From Felis catus (Eukaryota): a DNA stretch of 64,000 bases. How positions within the stretch are numbered: the stretch's first letter is position 1; the number at the start of each line of letters is the position of its first letter. The stretch is from the NCBI RefSeq assembly GCF_018350175.1, contig NC_058368.1, forward strand, positions 176,950,001 to 177,014,000, given 5' to 3'. The notes beneath the pieces were generated by a model. That model was not told the DNA's origin, ran no database searches, and saw only the letters and a list, made by a program, of their open reading frames with translations. The position numbers and the translations under genes are program-made. Below are positions 55,973 through 64,000 of this stretch, one piece after another.

Positions 55973-57246
55973 TGGAGAAAGGTGCTTCCTTCTTTCTTCC
56001 CTCCCTCCTCTCTGCTCTTGACCCTGGGCTGCCCTCCTGCTGTGACTCAGCACCCATTCCTCTGCGGGCCCTCCGCTGGCTCCAGGGGGCTTGGGAGAGG
56101 TGGGAGCAGCGTCTCTACATCACCTTTCTCACCCCCTTTATCAGCACGAGGTGAGGTTGGATCCCCATCGCTTCTGAAGAGCTGAGATCTGAAGGCTCCC
56201 ACATCCCTGGCCTAGTTGGACAGCTTGCCCGGGTTTTCTGTCAAGGCCACGGTGCGATATCTTTTAGGCTAATCCTGTTGGGTTTTGGTTTTTTATTTGC
56301 TAGCCCAGAAGGATTTGGAGGCTCAGGCATTCCCTGCTGTGTCAGGATAGCTCGCCAGACATCTCTTCCCACCCCCCCACCCCCCCACCCCCTGGGAGAG
56401 AGTATTAAATGGCCGTCTTTGGAAGCCATACCACTCCTCTGCTTTGTGCTTCACAATCTTTGCCATCCTTAAGTGTCACTTGTTCTGAAACTTGGCACTC
56501 TCGTTCGTCCTGAGCTGAAACTTGGCCCAGCGATTATTGATAGGGAAGTGGTTTCTCTCCACTTGGCAGGACTCAGTTAAGTGTGTATATCCTGCTCAGT
56601 CAGAGGCTTGGGCTTCCCCAAGGTAGAGAGGAGACAGCTTTCAAAACCAGAGAACAGCTAGAGATTCAGGAATATAAATACGTTGAGGAGAAAAGGGACT
56701 TCTCATCACTTCCTTTCCATCCTTAGGTGGAGGACACATCGTTTCTTTTTTTGCACGGAGATACCAATGCCAATTCAGCCATCCACCCATAACTTAAAAA
56801 TACGTAGTGTGTACTATGGCTGAACATGGTGGCAGATATATTGGTGAACAAGCTAAACATGCTTTTAGGCTTTTGAAAGTGAAACATACACGGTCCTAAG
56901 CGAGGAACGTAACAGTCAGTAGTTAACCCATTAACCCATGGTGGTTTATAAACTTTCTCGTGTGTCTCTGGAATTGTCCACATCTCTGCCGGGAAACTGA
57001 AGTCTGGTTCCTTGCCTTCCTGAAGGGCGCTTAGCTGGTAAGTAGTAGAGTCGGGATTTGAACCCACCTCCTGTGCTTTTTCCATTCCACAAATCATTTG
57101 ATGGAAATTTGCCCGCTTCTAAGTTTGCCAAGATGGGGACATGGGTGGAATGGAGTAGGGTAGGTGCCTGTAGAAAAAACTTTCTTGGCTACAAGATGAA
57201 GGGAAGGAGAGAGTCTGGTGTTCACAGAAGCCAACAGTGTAGCTCA

Positions 57247-57478
57247 GGGTGCCTGGGTGGCTCAGTCAAGCATCTGACTCTTGATTTCGGCCCAGGTCAT
57301 GATCTCAGGGTTTGTGAGTTTGAGCCCCGCATCAGGCTCTGCACTGACAGCACAGAGTCTGCTTGGGATTTTCTCTCCCTCTCTCTCTGCCCCTCCCCTG
57401 CTTGCTCATGCGTGCGTATGCACGCGTGCAAGCTCGCTCTCTCTCTCTCTGTCAAATAAACTTAAAAAAAAAAAAAAA
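57247..57478 (+). mobile_element. Can-SINE
   Basis: Consensus body plus poly-A. Confidence 0.88.
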
Positions 57479-59933
57479 CAGGCTCTAGTGCCTTTTGGAA
57501 AAAAAGATTTGATGATTGTTTACTGTCTAGTCATACTTTTCATTCCTTTCTTCCTGTCTCACACACACCTGCTCTCCCATCCACCCATTCATAGTCCTGC
57601 TTACTCACTCTCCTGTCCGTGCATCCTGCCACACGCCCATCCTTCCATGTAGCCCTCTCTCCCTCCCTCTCTTCCACTAACCCATCCACCCACCCTCCTT
57701 TTCATGCACCTGTCCATCCAGCTCCCCGTCCACTACCCACCTGCCTATCATTCTCTCATCTTCCCATTTACTCACCCTCCCAGACTCCTATCCACTAGAT
57801 ATTCTGTGCCAGGCTCTGTGGGGTGGACTAGAATGAATTAGACATGGGCTTAGCCTTTCAGAGCTCACAACGAAGTCAGAGAGAGAATCTTGGAACACCA
57901 ATGCCTGGGGTACCAGGAGGTCTGTGAAGAAAGCCCTAATAAGGTGTGAAATGGTAGTAGGGGAGTTGGGGTTCTGAGAGCACTTCAGGGAACAGGCTGT
58001 GGAGTTAGACTTTGTGGGATAAACACATGTATGGGGAAGGCATTCCGGCGGGGGGAAGAAACGCGTGGAAGTAGGAAGCAGGAGGGCACTGGCCATAACG
58101 GGGTGCATGTGGAGGAGTACTGGACTCCCAGAAAAGTAGAAGGGGTAAATCACCCGGGCTCCGTGTCCCAGGCCGGGGAGTTTGAGCTTTGCATCAGCAG
58201 CAGGGAGCCATTGAAGTTTGCCCCCAACGGGTTTCTGGCTCAAGGGAGTAAAGGAAGAGAAGGGGAAGGAGGACGGGCAAACGTAGAAACTGGGTGGGAA
58301 CCCCTGGAGATACTTCCTCTGGCGGGCTCCTGAAGGGAAAAAGCACTGGGCAGAAGGCTGGGCCTGCGTCGAGTCCTGATCGCACTTCCTAGCTGCATGA
58401 CCTGGGACAGGGCCTTCATTTTTTCTTAACAGGGGCAGACAGAACAGCTGCCTACCTCGTGGACCTATGCCGGACACTGGTGAGGGGATGCTTATCCCGC
58501 CTCAAGAGATCTCAGGAGGTCTTGGCCGGCCTTCTTCCTGAGGCCCACAAGACCCAAGTGTCCGGAAGGCTGGGCTGTGGAACACAGACTCCCCTCCTCG
58601 ACTGACTCATGCCTGCCACCCAGGGGTGTTAGTGGAATCTGAACCCAAGGCCACATTGGCTCTGTGTCTGGTGCCCTCAGGCCACCCTGCTTGGATTTAT
58701 GTTGGGCCCCTTCCCCTGCACGTGGCCCGTCCTGCTGTGACCTTGTGGGGCCAGATTTCTTCCCTCCATAATAGAGTGGAAGCCTTTCCCGTGATTGGTA
58801 ACAGACCTCACCACACAAAGATAAAATGTTTTCGGGCAGGGACACCACAGCTGTGTATTGTAGGACGCAGACCAGGCTCCTTCTTGGTTCCAGCGGCCTG
58901 ACCCATATTTGACACATGCCTGGCACAGCCATCCAGAATCCAGAGGGCGGGGAAAATAGAAACCTTTAGCCTTGTCTACTCCATTCTTTGGCTCTGACCC
59001 ACATGCCTAGGCTGTTCATCTGACAGGTCAGCTGGGAGCCTTCCTTCACGCCTGCCTTCCGGCCAGGTTGCTAGGAGACCGGACTCCCTAACGATCACCA
59101 CCTGAGGTTCTACCCACTCTTTGCACTTGAGACCTTTGTTTCTTCCTCGACAAAGAAATACACGTTTCTGAGGCTGGGTCTGGAACATGGGAGTGAGTTT
59201 CAGATGCTCCCTCACCTTTATGAGAAAGTATCTTCTGCCAGGTTCAGCCTTATGTTCAAAGCTGCTTCCTAGAACTTTTTGCAGTGATAGGAACATTGTT
59301 TCTCCTCTCTTCAGTGTGGCTGGTAGCTGCCATATTGCACAGCGCAGCTCAAGTGGGTTCCTGAGAGGACGAGGGTGACCATGCCTGGATACATTCAAGA
59401 CAAGGTCAAGATAAAGTGGTTACTTGTAGGGCACCATCCTCCACTGTCCTTGCTGGGACCCCTGTGGATAATTGTCAGATGCCATTGAGGGAAATTAACT
59501 TTTACAAGCCGCTTGTATTCCTTATGCTGTGTTTTCAGGTTCTCCTGATTCGTAGGTGCAACGATCTCCCCAAAGTTCTAGCTTAGCCCCATTTTATTAG
59601 CCTGCTTTGTTGACATACTATTATGGCTTAATTATTTTTTCTCATTACTATATTGTTTTTCTATTTATCATCTTAAAGGGTTGCTTAATATCCCACTGAG
59701 TTAATTTGACCACTGTCTTACTGTTGAACATTTAGGTTCTTTCTGGGTTTTTTTTTTTTTTTTGCCATTGTTATGGACTATGGTGACCATGCTCCTAGTA
59801 CATTTCTTTTGTTGTCTTTATTTGAATAATTTCCTGGCCTTACTTTCTTAGGAATGAGGACTGATAGGCTTAAAAGATATCGTTAAGGATTTTAAAACCT
59901 ATTGCTGGCTTTTGTCTTTGGAGGATTGGATCT

Positions 59934-60342
59934 GGGCGCCAGTCGGTTATCCGACTTCGGCTCAGGTCACGATCGTGCAGTTTGTGAGTTCCAGCCCTGC
60001 GTCGGGCTTGCTGCTGGCCGCACGGAGCCCGCTTCAGATCTTCTGTCCCATTCTCTCTCTCTGCCCCTCCCCTGCTCACATTGTCTCAAAAATAAACATT
60101 AAAAAGAAAATGAATCTGTATTTTTTTTTAATTTTTTTTTTTTAACATTTATTTATTTTTGGGACAGAGACAGAGCATGAACGGGGGAGGGGCAGAGAGA
60201 GAGGGAGACACAGAATCGGAAGCAGGCTCCAAGCTCCGAGCCATCAGCCCAGAGCCCGACACAGGGCTCGAACTCACGAACCGCGAGATCGTGACCTGAG
60301 CTGAAGTCGGACGCTCAACCGACTGAGCCACCCAGGCGCCCC
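59934..60342. mobile_element. Tail-to-tail Can-SINE pair (+59934-60105, -60121-60342)
   Basis: TSD ATGAATCTGTATTTT around the - copy. Confidence 0.88.
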
Positions 60343-63300
60343 ATGAATCTGTATTTTTGTCAGTAATGAGTATACCCATTTTACCACCCTCTTTGTCACC
60401 AGTCCTGGAAGTGGTCATTCCTTGTTTTTGTTAATTTAATAATTATAAATCTCTGCTTTTTTGGAGGAGGGTTTTGGGGGTGGAAGTATCCCCTGGTTTC
60501 TGTTGTCTGTGGCCTGTTAGTAACCGTGTTTTCCACTTGGGGCTTTGTGTCCTGGGTTATCAGTTAGGTCCTCGGAGGGGCCTCAGTGAAGATCACTTTG
60601 TAGGTCTTGGTGGCCCTTTTGAAGGTGGCTCTTGTTACACGTGTGGTATGTGGTGAAGTACCTTCACAGATACCTGTTCTCTGCTGGAATACCCCCAGAG
60701 ATGGCAAACCTACTTATTTTTTGGTGGCAGATGACAGAAGTCCAGAAGGGACTGAAAAGTCTAAAGGCAGACCCTGTCTTCAGGAACAGCTGTCTCCAGG
60801 TGTCCGTGGACCTCAGCATCTGCCCTCCTCCATTTGTGGGCCCTGCTTCCTTTGTCATGGCTTCATCCTCAGGCAGGGTCTCTGGAGGAATGGCCATGTG
60901 GGCTATAAAACCCTCCAGACTCTTCCATTCTACCCGTTTAGCAACCCCAGAGAAAGAAAGAGCTTCTTTACTGAAGAACTTTACCGAAAACCCCAAAACA
61001 ACCCCCAAACCACCCAGGTACAACCCTGTTGGCCTGCCTTGGGTCACTTGTGCAAGTCTGAAGCACTGGCGGTGACCGAGAGGGCCAGGAATGCGTGGCT
61101 GGGCCTGCGCTGAGCACTGGGGCCAGGTGGGCTCAGCCCCTCGTGAGTCCCTTGCACCAAGAGGGAGGGGCAGTTGCCAAGGGAAAGGAGGGTTGTGAAT
61201 CTGCAACTGTCCCAGACTGGACCCAGGTCACTGCATTCACTTTTGTTTCCTCATCTGCAGAGGGCACGGGGGAGTTGGGATTTAGGAGTGGGGGCTAACA
61301 TTCTGGTCTCTGAGTTCTGTGATATCAGCTCTTTCCCTGGGGGAGGAGGGAGGGACACCGTGATCAGCCCGCAGCTGGGAGGGACGGGGTGGGCTGGGGG
61401 TTGTCCCCCTCAGCTGCTGCTTTGTGATGGACTTTCAGGAAGCCCCCGGCCCCTGAGTGGACCGAACTGGACTGGCCTGGCCTGGCCTGGCTGGGCCCCT
61501 TGGGTGGGGCAGGGCTCCCTGCTGGGAGGGTTGTCCCCACCTCCTCCAGGCTGGGCGCCTGAGCCGCACAAGGGGGAAGATTGTTCCCGCCAAGGTGCCT
61601 GGGCCAGTAAACACAAGTGGCCACTGTGTGTCTGCTCTCAAGGGTGTGGGCTGAGGCGTTAGTCACTGCCAGCCAGCAGCGGAGGGCTGGGCGGGGGCTC
61701 CCCCACCCTTTGCTGGACCCCAGCCTTGCCTCAGCCAGTGGGAGAGATGGACGTCAGAGGCCACAGACAGCCACTTGTTCTTTATGCGACTCCTTGACTG
61801 TCAACTCCCACAGGTGCCCCATCCGCTCGGACCACCCATAGCTTTCCAGGACCTACCCACTCTCACAAGATGCTCTACGCATCAGACCATGAAGAGAGCT
61901 TGGGCATCATTTCCCCACCCTGCTACTGTACAGGGAGGAAACTGGGGCCCGGACAGGACCTTTGCAGAATTTGACCACTGGTAAAGAGGTCAAGAGCGTG
62001 GACACTGAAGCCACATAGACCTGAATTCAACTCTCAGCCCCGTTGTTTATCTGCTGTGTGTTCTTGAGCAAGTGGCTTTGCCTCTCTGAGCATGAGTTTT
62101 CTTACACATAAAATGAGGCTCTTCATAGTACCTCCCGGGTATAAAAATTAATTGAGGGGATCAAGCAGTGTCCTCTTGTGCCCTCTCTAGGCTCTATTGC
62201 TTCAGCCAGTTTCATTTTCATGAAATGTTTATGCTGGAGGCTAGCTTAAAGTGGGGTTTGGGGTTATCTCAGCCATCTCTGCTATTGTTCCGAGGTTGCA
62301 TCTCATTGGCTGACGTGATCACATTCTTCTGCCTGAGCCATTCATGTTCTGATCGACCAGTATGAGTCACCCACCCACTTCTAGAGTTGGAGGCGGATTC
62401 TGCTCCAGTGCATTTTAGGGACTGGGAATGAGGGCGGGTTAGCTCCCCCGAAGAAAAATCAGGTAGGGTGAGTTATGTCATGAGAGGGCCGTGATTTTTA
62501 TTACCAGTGCTCCTTCTAGCAGAAACTGTCTTGTTCACTAGAAAAGGACCTCCTCTAGAACATGAGCTCAGTAAATAATGGTTGAATGAAGGAACAGGGA
62601 ACAAGCTGATTTCTGGCAGCCTAGTGCAGTCAAGAGAACACTGGACGGGTCCTGGTACGCCTTTGAGCCTTAGTCTGCTAATCTGGGAAATGGGCATGCC
62701 TTAATGGCATGTGGGCGGATTAAAGTTTGGTATTTTTAGTACTTAGCTGCCAACATGTTATCAGTTGTGGTCTATAGTCGTTTATCTTCAGCGATGGCAG
62801 GCGGAGCAGGGTGCCCCCCAGGGAGGGCTGGCTGGGAAGAGACTTGGAGTGTAGGCTCTTTGAGCAAGGTGGGCCTGCATTTGGATCTGCTTCCACTCCC
62901 CGCTTGCTGTGTGACCTGAGGCAAATCACCATGCCTCTCTCAATCTCTGTTTTCTCATCTGTAAGTTGGGGTTACTAATACTTATGAAACGAGAGATTCC
63001 ATTTAAGGCCCGTCCTGGCACACGGTGAGCGCACAGGCAGTGTTAGCTGTTTTTATCATCAGCCATTATTACGTCTTCTGGCACAGAGGTGAGTCGATTG
63101 CTGCCTCAACCAGACTTGTAAAGAATTTAATTTTGGCGAAGTCACTTTATGCACCACGACTGCTGCCAGCTAACCCCTTTCTGGCAGGCTCTGGTCTCTG
63201 TGATCCGAGCGAGGTGCTGGGCAGCGGGTGTTCCTCGGTGTTGACCCTGGCACCCGGCTGGAGGCCCAGCCCTGTGGTCAGTGCTGCCTTTCAGGGTGAC

Positions 63301-64000
63301 GGGCAAGGCAGGTTTTGTGCGCTCACGGAAAACGGTCCCTGCCTGGGCCTCCCTCACTCCTGGGAGAAAATACTGGTAAGGAAACCCGGGAAGAGGTGCC
63401 ATGCAGCCTCCTTGACCGTCTCTCAGGAGTGCAGGGTGAGTGACTGAGGGAGTGGCTTTTGCCCCGCTCAGTTCTCCCCTGTGCTGCTCTGGCTGGGGGG
63501 CTGGGAGAGCATGGTCAAGGTGGTTGCCGTGCTCACCCGGGCCCCACCTCTGGCCACCCCGCTGAGCTTTCCGACCTTCCTTCTGGTAAAGGAGCAGAGC
63601 GGGCCTTACCTCCTCTTCTGGGTCTGGAGAGGAGGGGGAGCGAGAGTGGTGTACAATGTGAAAGGGTGCTTTGATGGTCCTCTTGCGGGCACTTAAAAAT
63701 CAGCCTTACCGGAAATGAAAGGGCAGGTACACAGTCAGGTGTGAGAAAGGGAGTGAGTGTGTGCCCGCGTGAGTGAGCACCAGAGCACAAGCGCCCAATG
63801 GCTGAAGTCATGAGTTTCTCGGGTGTTCTCAACAAGCTTTCACGACTGAGTTTATAGGGGCGGCCCCCACTCAGGTGGGGCGAGTGAGCAGGTGGGTTCT
63901 AGCACAAGGACTGACACTGGGTTATGGCCCCCTGGGAAATTCTGTCTCCCCGCCCTTTCCCCCACACTTGGCTCCTGGGCCTCATGAGGAAGGGACTGTG

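Noticed and set aside
57788..58477. 229-aa minus-strand ORF and similar ORFs in STK10 intron 1 (e.g. 60664-61206)
   Set aside because: No recognisable domain; overlap L2/MIR-like relics; expected by chance in GC-rich DNA
61468..61498. (CTGGC)n pentamer run
   Set aside because: Only ~5 imperfect units; no larger structure

Overview
Mammalian genomic DNA, almost certainly from a cat-family (feliform) carnivore, judged by the very dense tRNA-derived Can-SINEs of the SINEC_Fc type and carnivore L1. The window covers the conserved UBTD2-EFCAB9-STK10 block, syntenic with human 5q35.1 as I recall it. It holds (1) the last intron, terminal coding exon (15400-15797, +) and ~2.2 kb 3'UTR of UBTD2. (2) The complete four-exon EFCAB9 gene, the CatSper EF-hand subunit (minus strand, ATG 30897, stop 25121-25123, 219 aa by my splicing). 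(3) The CpG-island promoter, coding exon 1 (41841-41996, +) and first 22 kb of intron 1 of STK10/LOK. The rest is mostly transposon-derived: a 3.1 kb truncated L1 with target-site duplication (TSD), dozens of Can-SINEs (several nested), three solo LTRs, MER/Tigger/MIR relics and microsatellites. Nearly all ORF-track entries are spurious. I see no support for a new biological system. The best second-look items are a possible alternative terminal mini-exon of UBTD2, a splice-donor consensus overlapping the EFCAB9 stop codon, LTRs co-oriented upstream of EFCAB9, and repeated SINE insertion at one site. Repeat family names come from recall of consensus sequences and repeat boundaries are approximate.
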